A stretch of DNA of 64,000 nt from a virus. Shown piece by piece: positions 29,772 through 39,863 of the stretch (its first letter is position 1; the number at the start of each line of letters is the position of its first letter). Under the pieces are notes generated by a model that had not been told where the DNA came from, searched no databases, and worked only from the letters and a program-made list of their open reading frames with translations. Where the stretch lies: positions 96,001 to 160,000 of the IMG/VR virus record IMGVR_UViG_3300045988_162176, one strand, 5' to 3'. The position numbers and the translations under genes are program-made.

Positions 29772-31811
29772 TTAAAAATCCAAATCTTCTAAATCCTTAT
29801 CTAACATTACTCTTTTCTTCTTAGGCTTTTCAATTTCACCCCAATCAAAATCTGTAGTAGATTTTGCATTTAAGGATGTCGTTTTGGAATTAAGAATAGC
29901 GTCAGATTTGGTCTTACTTTTTAAATCAGGAGTCTCATTTGTTTTATCCTCCATAACATCATAATATAGAATTTTAACTTCTGGATAAATCTTATCTTCC
30001 CAAGACTCTAACTAGAACTGGCAAATTAAATTCATTACCAAATTCTTTTTGTTAGCGCCAAAGGTATGTCTATCCTTAAGAGTCATCATATCAAATTCTG
30101 TAGCAGGACAATACTTTTTAATATAAGTAATACCGTTATGCTGGAATCTAATAAAACTCTTAGTTTCGCCATAGCCATTAATTTGACTAGCATTTATATG
30201 AAGATTTGTAATTGCAAAAGTAGGAGTAGGAACAGTATTACCCCACACTTCATAATTTTCAGCCACTTCTTTTACAAATCTTACTTGCATTTCATTAGCA
30301 GGAATTTCCCAATCAACTGGATAAATAGTTTTAAGTTGGTCAAGAGGAAGCATTTCATTACACTTTTCAATTACCTCATCAACATTTTTCTTTTTAAGAA
30401 ATACACCAGCAGCATTTTCATGTCCAGCACAACTTATAAGTCCAGTTTGCTCTAAAAACTCCTTCAAGTTTTTAATATTTCCTTTATCATATCCGCGACA
30501 GGAGCCACCGAATTCTGAGGTACTCCTTTCCTTAAGAAGCACCACTGGGCGCAAATATTTCGAAGCAATCTTATTAGCTACTAATCCTGTAACAGATTTT
30601 TTATCAACTATGTCAGTACAATCGACAAATAAAATAGTATTTTTATCTAGCCCTTGTTTGTCAATTTTGTCAATAATTTGCTCCATAAATTTACGAACTG
30701 CTGTATCTTGACGAGCCTTTACATTATTAGCTACTCTCGCCATCTCCCACTGAAGAGTATGTTCCTCTGGAAGAGGTTTAGGGTCAGTAGCTCTTTTTCG
30801 TCTCGGCTGATAAATAACAGTTTCTTGTTCTCCAACCATAGCTCGGAATAAATCTCTTTGCTCTTTCTCAGTACCATAACGTACTACACCATTAATTCTT
30901 GGAGCAAGTACCCAACCAACATTTGTAATAGTTCTACCGAAGTGAATTTCATCAGCCATTCTTTCTTGAAGCTCATTGAGAAAATCATTCTTTTGATTTT
31001 CAATCTTTAAGCCCTCAAGTACATACCATCTTGTTTCTAAATCTCTTAAATCCATACTATCTGCAATAATACCAAGAGAAACCAAATCAAGATAATCATC
31101 AAGCCAACTATCACTACAGTGATACTTTTCACAACAAGCTTCACCAAATTTACGAACTACACCAACCCCAGATAAAGTAAAATTAGGATACTGACCATCA
31201 GTATCATTTACAGCTATACAATAATTAACATAACTGTCTTCTTTAATTCTATCTGGTTCTTTTTCTTTAATTTCATCAGCTTCGTTCTTAGGAATCCATT
31301 TGCCAGTGTTAGTATCTAAATACTCGATTTCAACTAAGTGATGGTCTAACACAAGAATAGGACAATCGTAATTTTTAATAATTTGAATTGCATCTTTACA
31401 AAGCATTGAAGCATCAGGAATAATAATTAAACCAACATCATCTTTGGAATAATCACTTAAATCTTTATAAGTTAATCCATGCTCTTTGTTAAAACTGAAA
31501 ATATACTCAATTTTTGCTTCTGGATTAAAATGACTAATAATTTTACTTATTAAAACAGCGCTTGTCGCGCCATCGGCATCTGGGTCCACCTTAATTATAA
31601 TTTTCTTGTCTGTACCAATATTGTCATGAAAAACCTAAACAGCCTTATCCATATTCTTCATCTGAAATGGGTCATTAACAACCTTATTTTTTACAGGATG
31701 AAGAAAACTTTTTACATCCTAAATATCATAGCTTCTTAAAATAGTTTCAAGAAAATCATATTCATCATCAAAGTTATTCTAAAACTTTGTCTCCCATAGT
31801 AATTTTTCCAT
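29772..31811 (-). CDS. RecJ-like DHH/DHHA1 phosphoesterase (ssDNA exonuclease)
   Basis: DPDADG and GHENAAG motifs. ATG at 31809-31811 (TAATG overlap with the primase gene). In-frame TAGs at 31779, 31719, 31635 and 30012. The real stop is TAA at 29772-29774, after an acidic ..DLEDLDF tail. Confidence 0.75.
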
Positions 31812-33007
31812 TAATTGCCTCTTAAAAATATACTCGTAGAACTTTGCCTTTCCCCGTAAGAATAAACAGGTTTTGCCATTTTTATTAATTGATTGTAAAC
31901 ATCTTTACCTTTATCAAGAGGAGAATCTTTGATATCTAACAATCCTTTTGTGTCCTTAATAAGAAAGACATTAAAGCTTAAAGCAAGTCTCTGAGCTAAA
32001 GTCCTTAATCGTTCATTGTATCTTAAATAGTTGTCATATAACAATTTGTCAGCTTTATAAACTTCTTCATATTTATCGTCAAAGTCTTTATCAAAACCTA
32101 AATAAACTGTATCTACTCCAAGTTTTTCTAAAGCTCTAATTTGCCAATCTGAAACATTAAAGCCGCAAGTTGCCACTACGCAACTTTTACCTTTAAAATA
32201 AGTGTCTGCTTTTAAAACACTCTTTTCTCCCTCAACTATAACTGCTTTTTTAAATCTTTTTATGTTTTCTTTATTCTCATAAAGTCCATACAAATTTAAT
32301 CCGAGAGGATGGTCAAATTCTTTGCCAGTCATAAATAAAGGCATATATTTTCTTTTAGAATCTTCTGGTTGTAAACTTCTTCGTCTAATACCAACCAAAT
32401 GACCATCTATATTATAATGAGGAATAATTATATATTTTTGGTATTCGTACCATTCAATACCAAATTTTTCCATAGAGGGAATGCTAATCCCCTCATCAAT
32501 CCAACCCTTATAAAAAGTATTACGGTCAAAATAATTAAAAAGACATTTATAATCATCATAAAACTTTGTAATTTTAGCTTCATGGAATTGTTGTCTTCTT
32601 TCAATATCTTCTGACTGTTTTATCATATCAGATAATTGTCCACGTAATTCTGGTGAAACATCATTTCCAAAGCCTACACGACTTCGAGATAATGATTTTC
32701 CAACCTTTTTTGCTATGTAAACAATTACCTTACTATAAAACTCTCCATCTTTAGCATTACGAATTCTTTTTATAAATTCAAAAAAATTCATTCGCCCACA
32801 ATTCGTATAGCAGAAAAAGTCTTTGCTTTCTGTAAAGAAACATAATTTATGACTGTCTCCACCATGACAAATTGTTTTAAACCAAAGACATTTTTGTTGA
32901 GTTCTTCCATCTGTAGAAGTTGAGTATAAAGGAGAACCATTTTCTTCCATGATGTTAATAACTACATCTTCTGTTACCAACTTCAACAGTTCATCTTTAT
33001 CTATCAT
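31811..33007 (-). CDS. DnaG-type DNA primase (zinc finger plus TOPRIM)
   Basis: CHGGDSHKLCFF...CYTNCG zinc motif, TOPRIM VIVEGEKSVL and GFDKDFD. ATG at 33005-33007. Confidence 0.8.
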   Translation of the reverse strand: MIDKDELLKLVTEDVVINIMEENGSPLYSTSTDGRTQQKCLWFKTICHGGDSHKLCFFTESKDFFCYTNCGRMNFFEFIKRIRNAKDGEFYSKVIVYIAKKVGKSLSRSRVGFGNDVSPELRGQLSDMIKQSEDIERRQQFHEAKITKFYDDYKCLFNYFDRNTFYKGWIDEGISIPSMEKFGIEWYEYQKYIIIPHYNIDGHLVGIRRRSLQPEDSKRKYMPLFMTGKEFDHPLGLNLYGLYENKENIKRFKKAVIVEGEKSVLKADTYFKGKSCVVATCGFNVSDWQIRALEKLGVDTVYLGFDKDFDDKYEEVYKADKLLYDNYLRYNERLRTLAQRLALSFNVFLIKDTKGLLDIKDSPLDKGKDVYNQLIKMAKPVYSYGERQSSTSIFLRGN

Positions 33008-33019
33008 AACCAACCTCTG

Positions 33020-34147
33020 TTAATAATCTATTTCTTCTTCCTCTTTAGATGAAGCCTTTTTTTCTTCTTCGTCTTCATCCTCTTCTACCATTCTAAATTT
33101 TCTGCTTTCGGGAGATTCTAAGAATGGTTCTTCTTCGTTATCCAAAGTTTCCTTTATCCTTTTAACAACATCTTCTGTATCTTCAAATACATCAAAAGTA
33201 CCTTCCTCTTTTGCCGTTTCTGCAATATCAACAGCATCACTTATTATCTGTCCACGAATAGCATCTTTATCATTAGTGAAAATTACTTTCTGGTCTTCCT
33301 CGACACGAGTAAATGTTTGTGGAATATCTAATAAATCATAATCATAATCAGTACAGAATAAATCATGGACCCTCATTGTTGCATAATCAACGTATAACCA
33401 AATTTTACATTTAGTATATTCTCCACCACGATTCTTATACACAGATATACATCTATTAGGTTTATATTTTAAAAATCTATTTTTGATAATCTTCTCTAAA
33501 TACTTTTCTTCTTTTTTAGATACTTCTGATACAATAGAAGCTGTATCAACCTTATCAATGATAGCTTTAGCTCCACGAACAATGGTTTGGTCACGATTTT
33601 GCTCATTTTTAAAATCACCAGAAACCTGCGTCCAAGTATCTATACTAATATCATATTTTCGGGTAAGCTCTTTTAATTTTAAGCTCAAATTAGCAAGAAC
33701 TTGGTCTTCACGAATTTGCATCCTTGCTTTGGCGTTAGCTTGGAATTCACTAATTAAATCAGTGGTTACATGAATATAATCAAAGAAAACATTTCTTACT
33801 CCATGCTGAAGAACATGCTGTTCAATAATATTTTCTAAAGTACCAATATCATAATCAGGTACATATTCAAGATAAATATGTCCTTCTTCATTAAGAATTC
33901 TAATGGCTTCATCCACACGCTCTTCTTCATCCCCATAATACTTACCAGTCATAATGTGCTCTTGAGGAACATCAGCAATATAAGCCCATAAGATAGGCTC
34001 AATTTCTGTGATAAGTTCCATTTCTGTTCCAATATAAAGAGCAGCATTTTGAGTGCCATTTGGATTCTCTACAAACTCCATCTTATTAGAATCCCAATAC
34101 TTCGGAGTAAAAGAATGACAAAGATTAGCAATTGTTAAACGGGTTTT
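33020..34147 (-). CDS. DnaB-like replicative helicase, exon 2
   Basis: Begins (G)KTRLTIANLCHSF.., completing the Walker A loop. Walker B-like VFFDYIH. Acidic C-terminus. Confidence 0.8.
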   Translation of the reverse strand, partial: KTRLTIANLCHSFTPKYWDSNKMEFVENPNGTQNAALYIGTEMELITEIEPILWAYIADVPQEHIMTGKYYGDEEERVDEAIRILNEEGHIYLEYVPDYDIGTLENIIEQHVLQHGVRNVFFDYIHVTTDLISEFQANAKARMQIREDQVLANLSLKLKELTRKYDISIDTWTQVSGDFKNEQNRDQTIVRGAKAIIDKVDTASIVSEVSKKEEKYLEKIIKNRFLKYKPNRCISVYKNRGGEYTKCKIWLYVDYATMRVHDLFCTDYDYDLLDIPQTFTRVEEDQKVIFTNDKDAIRGQIISDAVDIAETAKEEGTFDVFEDTEDVVKRIKETLDNEEEPFLESPESRKFRMVEEDEDEEEKKASSKEEEEIDY

Positions 34148-34415
34148 CGATTTGTTATCGTAAAGTTTTTTATCTTTACTTCTGCAACATTACATTGCAG
34201 TCCAGCATAACTTTTCACGCTTAATGTCGATGCGTGGTGCGGCCTCGTGGTAGGATTATATCTTTTCACCTACTATGCGTTGCCCCTGACTATATTTAAT
34301 ATAGCCTTCGGTTCTGATTGCCTTTATATACGGTTTTCCAGCTTAATTCCGCACTAATAATATTAAATCTTCAATCGACTTGATTTAACACGGCATTTCT
34401 AATTTATTAGAGTTT
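34148..34415 (-). mobile_element. ORF-less group-I-like intron (268 nt) inserted in the P-loop codons of the helicase gene
   Basis: Exon 1 ends ..SSAGTGVG (GGU|) and exon 2 starts |AAA ACC (KT) right after a G. Splicing restores GTGVGKT exactly and in frame. The interval is GC-richer, contains several hairpins, and carries P/Q/S-like strings (AAUUAAGCUGGAAAA, AAUCAGAACC, AAAUAUAGUCAGG). Confidence 0.65.
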
Positions 34416-35099
34416 ACCTACACCCGTTCCAGCAGAAGAAACAGCAAATTTTCTTGGCTGAATACCTTTTGTTATGGTAGTCATATAGTTACTTGCATAA
34501 GACAAACCATAAGCAGGAGTTTTCTTCCATTCTTCTTTTTGCTTTCGAGCCTCTTCACTACCAGCTTTAACACTATCACGCCCAACTTTAGGGCTATATT
34601 CCTGAGTGATATTAGACACCTTTTGTCTAAAATGATTTAGTATATCATCAATAGTCATTTGACTAAATTGATATCTTTGTTCATCGGCAATTTCAGGGTC
34701 CTCTTCATTCGGGTCAAAAATTTCATCTACATCAATGCCAGATTTAAGATAAGCACGAAGCAAAGAGAACTTTTTCATTTCTTGATAATTAGTATTAAAA
34801 TTTTCTGGCGTAGCTAATTCTTTCGCTTTTTCAACATAAAGATTGCCATTATTTCTCGTATAAATATTATATAAAGACTGCAAATTGTTTTTTAAGTAGT
34901 CATCAATAATATATTGGTCAAGCTTTACCGCGCCTTGCGAGAAAAGATTGTTTATCGCTACAAATAAAAGCTGATGGAAAGCTTCAACAAAATCTTTTTT
35001 GTCAATCTTGTTACTTGCTAATAAAGTTGGATTCTACAGTAAACAACCAAGAACTTCTTTAATTGCAGATTTGCTTTGATAGTCTCTATAATCCGCCAA
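34416..35099 (-). CDS. DnaB-like replicative helicase, exon 1
   Basis: TTG start 5 nt after GGGAGGG. DnaB N-domain-like AIKEVLGCL[TAG]NPTLLAS (TAG at 35034-35036). Confidence 0.7.
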
Positions 35100-35100
35100 G

Positions 35101-35802
35101 TTAACCCTCCCATTCTTCAGGATGTTCAGACATTATTTCCTGAATATCTCTTTGTAGTTCTGATAAATACATATTATCTTTTCCTCTTTGCTTTTGAACT
35201 TCTCGTCTAAAATTATAATCTCCAATAAAATCTGTATTAACAAGACCATCATCAACGATATCATCCGCAGAAATTTCTTCTTTATGATTTCGTTTATCTC
35301 GTTTTTCATCATCCTCTTCTTGTTTTTTAATAATTTCAGAACGAGCAACATCTATTGCCACAGGTGGTTTTGTTAAGATATACTCAATAAATTCAGATTT
35401 AGTCATTCTCGTTTCTTTGTACTTTTGCCAAAATTCTCTTGATTCAGCAAAATAACGCACAACCATGAAAATGTCTGATTCTGTTTCTATTTTAGGAGCT
35501 GGATTATCAGCATACTCATACATGTAATATAAAGTATAAAGAATTTGAGAATTAGTTAAACCATATTTTTCTTTTATCTTTTTTATATGAGAAGCTATAA
35601 GAGGAGCATTAACCCATTCTCTCATACCTAATCCATCCCAAAGGTAATCGGTCAAAAGCCTATAATCTTTTGCATCTTGCGCTGGCTATTTCCCACAAAT
35701 AGGGCAATAATTTTTACCATTTACAGTAATAATTTCCTCAGTAGGAAACATTTTACCACAAACACTACATTTTCTATTTTTCTTTGGCGCTATAATCCTC
35801 AC
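35101..35802 (-). CDS. zinc-ribbon protein of unknown function (its position suggests a replication accessory or loader role)
   Basis: CSVCGK..CPICGK[TAG]PAQD.. joins to the track ORF 35101..35655 through TAG 35686-35688. The start (GTG 35800-35802 or a nearby codon) is uncertain. Confidence 0.4.
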
Positions 35803-35835
35803 TCCTTCCTTAAAAATATTAAAACGGAAAATAAA

Positions 35836-35865
35836 GGGGAATAGTAATCAGTTTTACTATTCCCC
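35836..35865 (-). terminator. strong rho-independent terminator
   Basis: Perfect 12-bp stem GGGGAATAGTAA/TTACTATTCCCC with a 6-nt loop, followed on the minus strand by TTTATTTTCCGTTTT. Confidence 0.7.
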
Positions 35866-35874
35866 AATAATTGT

Positions 35875-36894
35875 TTATTCTACTGTAATATTATTTTCAG
35901 TACAGTAATCTTTCAAATCATCGAGAATAAGTAAAAGCATATCCAATTGAGATTCATCGCAATCTTTTACACTCTTACCCTTTCCAAGATACTCTGCAAT
36001 AATCTTCTTATATTCCGTACTACCAGTGTTATGAATTGCCTTTACATAACTACCGATTTCAGCAATAAGCTCATCAACGCTCTTCTTTTCATCTTCGGTT
36101 ACTTCGTTATCCTTAAAAAGATTAACCTCGTTATCAACAACTGTAGCACCGTGAGCCTTTTGTTCATCAATAGCCTTTGCCATATCATCACGCAATGCTT
36201 CATAAGTAAATGGAATGCATTCAGACATATAGGGGCTACGAGAACCAGCCTCAAGATGTTTGTTACCTCTCATCGTAAGCATAGAATGAACATTACCCTG
36301 TTCATCAGTTTCATAAGAAGCATAACCAGTTACGTCAACAAGACGAGAAACAACAAGGAATCCACGGTCAGGTACAGTAGGAATAGTCTTATCATACTTC
36401 TCGCCGTTTTCCTTAATCTGCTTAGTGGTGGCATGAGAAATACAAATCAAAGTATAACCAGCTTTAACAATCTCTTGAAAGAACTTATCATACTCACGAG
36501 ACAAAGCACGATAACCACGCATCTTTTCAGTCTCGTCAAGATAATCTACACCTTCTTTGTCTACGATATACTTTTCACAAAGGTCGTAGGCAATATCAAT
36601 AGTATCAACAATTACCGTTTTAAAGATTGTTTCTCTATTTTCCTTTTCAGCCGCTTCTGCATCTTTAAGCAACTGCTTCTTTACTTCAAGAGCTTCTTTC
36701 CAAGTGTTAATTGGCTGTGCAATAATGCCATCCAAGAAACCATAACCCTTTTCAAAGCCTAGCAAAATAGGCTTGGGGAATTTACAAGCGTTTGTAGTTT
36801 TGCCACTTTTTCTTTCTCCATAAATAAGAAAGCTCTTACCGCTAAGGTCACGAGTGACCACATTAGGCTTAATGCTAAAAATATCAATACCCAT
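35875..36894 (-). CDS. AAA_24/Sak4-like RecA-fold ATPase
   Basis: Walker A IYGERKSGKTT and Walker B VIVDTID. ATG with RBS AAAAGGAGAC. Confidence 0.65.
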   Translation of the reverse strand: MGIDIFSIKPNVVTRDLSGKSFLIYGERKSGKTTNACKFPKPILLGFEKGYGFLDGIIAQPINTWKEALEVKKQLLKDAEAAEKENRETIFKTVIVDTIDIAYDLCEKYIVDKEGVDYLDETEKMRGYRALSREYDKFFQEIVKAGYTLICISHATTKQIKENGEKYDKTIPTVPDRGFLVVSRLVDVTGYASYETDEQGNVHSMLTMRGNKHLEAGSRSPYMSECIPFTYEALRDDMAKAIDEQKAHGATVVDNEVNLFKDNEVTEDEKKSVDELIAEIGSYVKAIHNTGSTEYKKIIAEYLGKGKSVKDCDESQLDMLLLILDDLKDYCTENNITVE

Positions 36895-36950
36895 TATTTA
36901 AATGTCTCCTTTTAAAAATTTTGAATTATTTTTAGTTGTCGATTAGAAAA

Positions 36951-37898
36951 TCAGAACGGAATATCATCGTCATCATCAACAACAGGAGACATCTTTCCAG
37001 AACCCTTCTTACCAAAGCCTGTAGGGGCAGAAGAACTACTACCACCCTTAGAACCCTGATATCCAGCTTCCTCAAGTTCCTTCAAACGACTTGCTCTCTC
37101 ATTGAGCATAGCCTTACACATCTGAGGAGTGATAATCATATCTTCCTGCTCATCTTCATCATAAGCAATATCACCACCCGTAAGAACCATTTCAAGATAG
37201 CTCTTACCCTCAGTCACTCTCTGCTGACCAAAACCCTTGGTCTTAGGTTTTGCTTCACCCTTTTCATTAGGCTTCCAACTAACGTACATCTTGGCGGTAG
37301 CTCCCTTAACATAACCGTTATCTTCAAGAGCATCCACAAAATCTTTGGGAATAATAATGTTCTTAATATCAAGAGCGTTATGATAAAAGTCCATACTAAT
37401 AAGATTAAGACGCTTTCTACCAGTAGGCTTCTTGTCATCTTCTGGGCCACGTTCTTCATCAGTAATACTCTTAATATATCCCTCGATATCAAGGTCGCAA
37501 GCAAATTCATCAAAATCATTAAAAAACTGCATAGAGGCAATAGTACCTTCGTGAAGCTGTTCATCAGACCCAACGTAATCATTTGCACTAAGAGAACCCA
37601 CAAGCTTTACCATGGTAGCGTTTTCTTTATCCTTAGTAAGAGGAACAGCCGTCTTCAACCAATTCAAAACCTTTTCATAGTTTTCGCTATCAGTTCCATC
37701 AGCCTTCTTTGCCTTAATAAAAGAGGAAAACTGTCTGGTCATTAAACTATCTTCGCCACACTGGATTTGTCCACGAATACGAATATAGTCAACGCCATTT
37801 TTGTCTACGCCCTACTTGGACTCAATATCAGCGAGATAACCCGCAAGAGTCACACTATTTGCCAATCTACGAATTTGGTCAGTATTTTTTGTAGCCAT
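36951..37898 (-). CDS. ssb: single-stranded DNA-binding protein
   Basis: C-terminal acidic tip DDDDDIPF followed by TGA. The N-terminal 52 codons join through TAG 37812-37814. ATG at 37896-37898 with RBS AAAGGAG. Confidence 0.8.
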
Positions 37899-37933
37899 TA
37901 TTTTTGTACTCCTTTAATTTTGTCTTTTAATTT

Positions 37934-38113
37934 TTAGTCTTCATTTTCATTGTTATCATCGTCATCGTCAATAGACTTGTAATCATTACAAGCATCAAAC
38001 GTCAAAGTAACGCCCAAATCTCTTCGAGCATCCTCAAGAAAAGGCTTAAGCTTTGCATACGCCGAGCACTTCACTAAAAAACGACAATCTTCACACGCAA
38101 GATTATTAACCAT
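37934..38113 (-). CDS. small acidic protein (59 aa)
   Basis: ATG 38111-38113 with RBS TAGGAGATAG. First ORF behind the 38165..38193 promoter. Falls below the ORF-track size cut-off. Confidence 0.4.
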   Translation of the reverse strand: MVNNLACEDCRFLVKCSAYAKLKPFLEDARRDLGVTLTFDACNDYKSIDDDDDNNENED

Positions 38114-38164
38114 TTTACTATCTCCTAATTATTTAAAAAATCAACCTACCTTGGTTGTGAATAA

Positions 38165-38193
38165 AATATAGCATAGTTTTTTCATCTTGTCAA
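38165..38193 (-). promoter_or_regulatory. sigma-70/sigma-A-type promoter at the head of the replication region
   Basis: Minus strand: TTGACA (38193-38188), 17 nt, TATATT (38170-38165). Confidence 0.7.
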
Positions 38194-38238
38194 GCATTTC
38201 TAAAAAATTTTTTCTTGAGGGCTCCCAAGTAATTCATC

Positions 38239-39189
38239 TTATCCTTCCCATTCAGAAAGAGGCTTTAGCGTTATATAATCTAAACCCGTAAGTTCATCAA
38301 TTATTTTTTTACAATCAGTGTAAACGATTTGTGGATAAGTTGTTAAACTGTCCCAACTACCTTTATAATTGCTTTTACAAAATTCTTTCGATATTTTTAT
38401 ATCTTCATTCACAGGATGTAAAAAAACACAATTTCCCGAATAATATTTTGTATTATCTCCATCTTTATAACTATCCCCTTTTGTCCAAACAGAACCATTT
38501 TGTATTTCCTTTACACTGGCTGAAAAAATTATCGTTTTATATTTTCCAGCTCCTAATTGACTATCATCTGTCACCCCTGCAAAAATTCCATTTCCCGTTA
38601 TTGTTTGCTCTTGTCTATCACCATTATATTTCCAATATGTTTCTATTCCACAAACATTTGGCGGTAACTCTTCTATATCAAGTACATCAATGTTTTTTAA
38701 ACTGAAAGCTATAGAGGATTTCTTTGCATATTCATATTCTTGGTATGAATGTACATTCAAATAAAAACAATTTCTGCCATTTGAAGTAATTAATCTACTA
38801 CCAGTAACTCCATACCCCGAACTTCCTGCTGTATATTTCATCACAGACCCATCTGGTTTTGTAAAAGTCGCAATATCATCATTAAATTCTAATTTAATTC
38901 CAATCGCCTTAAATGCCTCAACCAAAAATTGTTCCCCCGGCTCACCCGAGCCGATATAGTGTTGTAAAGCACTTGAATAATACGCATCTCGTTTTGCAAG
39001 TGCAACAGCATTTACATCCATAGCATGAATAAAACCGTTAAATGATTCTTCGTTAACTATAATAGAACTATCCAATAATTTATAAAAAAAATCGTATGTA
39101 TATGCCCTGTCATAATTATTTCCCATTGATACCATTCTTTGTAATAATCGGACCAAAATATATTTGTATTGTCCAGAAGTGTAAGACAT
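38239..39189 (-). CDS. hypothetical protein (316 aa), translationally coupled to uppS
   Basis: Uninterrupted ORF with a TAATG overlap with uppS. Contains no TAG codons. Confidence 0.55.
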   Translation of the reverse strand: MSYTSGQYKYILVRLLQRMVSMGNNYDRAYTYDFFYKLLDSSIIVNEESFNGFIHAMDVNAVALAKRDAYYSSALQHYIGSGEPGEQFLVEAFKAIGIKLEFNDDIATFTKPDGSVMKYTAGSSGYGVTGSRLITSNGRNCFYLNVHSYQEYEYAKKSSIAFSLKNIDVLDIEELPPNVCGIETYWKYNGDRQEQTITGNGIFAGVTDDSQLGAGKYKTIIFSASVKEIQNGSVWTKGDSYKDGDNTKYYSGNCVFLHPVNEDIKISKEFCKSNYKGSWDSLTTYPQIVYTDCKKIIDELTGLDYITLKPLSEWEG

Positions 39190-39848
39190 TAAGATACACC
39201 CCCATATTTTCTTTTTATACCCTGAAATGTTTTAACTGCGTGCTTAAATTCCCCAATAGATAAATCTGGAAATAAAGTATCTGTGAAATAAAGTTCAGAA
39301 TAAACAGATTGCCATAATAAGAAGTTGGACATACGATGATATCCACCAGTCCTGATAATTAAATCTGGTTCGGGAAGATTTTGATACAAAGCAGCAGTAA
39401 TCTCATCTTCTGTTCTCGCTCCCTTAGCAATAGCATCAACAATCTCCATTCGACCAGAGTAATTACAACATAGATTCAATATCATACCATCACAATCTTT
39501 CGTCTCATTTTGAATTAAATCCATTTTAGACAAATTTTCTTTTGGAACTCTCTCTTTCGTTCCTGATATTAAAACACGAATATTGTTTTGTTTAAATTCT
39601 TCATATCTATCAAAATATTTGTTTGCCATTTCAAATAATTTATCAACTTCCTCCTTGGGGCGATTCCAATTTTCCCATGAAAAGCAGTAAACAGATAACA
39701 CAGGGATATTTAATCCTACACACCAATGCGTCATATCCTCCAACTTTTTCAGACCTTGCTCATGCCCTGCGGAACGTTCTAAGCCACGTTTTTCCGCCCA
39801 ACGTCCATTCCCATCTGCGATAACCGCAACGTGTTTTAATTGATTCAT
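39189..39848 (-). CDS. uppS: undecaprenyl-diphosphate synthase (cis-prenyltransferase)
   Basis: Collinear with E. coli UppS along its full length: HVAVIADGNGRWA, FSWENWNRP, IRTGGYHRMSNFLLWQSVYSELYFTD, RKYGG. RBS AAGGGAGGAAG. Confidence 0.9.
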   Translation of the reverse strand: MNQLKHVAVIADGNGRWAEKRGLERSAGHEQGLKKLEDMTHWCVGLNIPVLSVYCFSWENWNRPKEEVDKLFEMANKYFDRYEEFKQNNIRVLISGTKERVPKENLSKMDLIQNETKDCDGMILNLCCNYSGRMEIVDAIAKGARTEDEITAALYQNLPEPDLIIRTGGYHRMSNFLLWQSVYSELYFTDTLFPDLSIGEFKHAVKTFQGIKRKYGGVS

Positions 39849-39863
39849 AGTCTTCCTCCCTTG

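Noticed and set aside
35947-37745. Long plus-strand ORFs 35947..36762 (271 aa) and 36936..37745 (269 aa).
   Set aside because: They lie antisense to the well-supported AAA_24 ATPase and SSB genes. Their products are low-complexity and rich in Ile, Phe, Asn and Leu. They have no RBS, and no other plus-strand gene exists in the window. They are shadow ORFs typical of AT-rich DNA. The same reasoning applies to all other plus-strand track ORFs.
38194-38238. A terminator separating the late (tail) genes from the early promoter at 38165..38193.
   Set aside because: The short GAGGGCTCCC string is not a true inverted repeat, and no U-tract follows it. I could not support a terminator call here.
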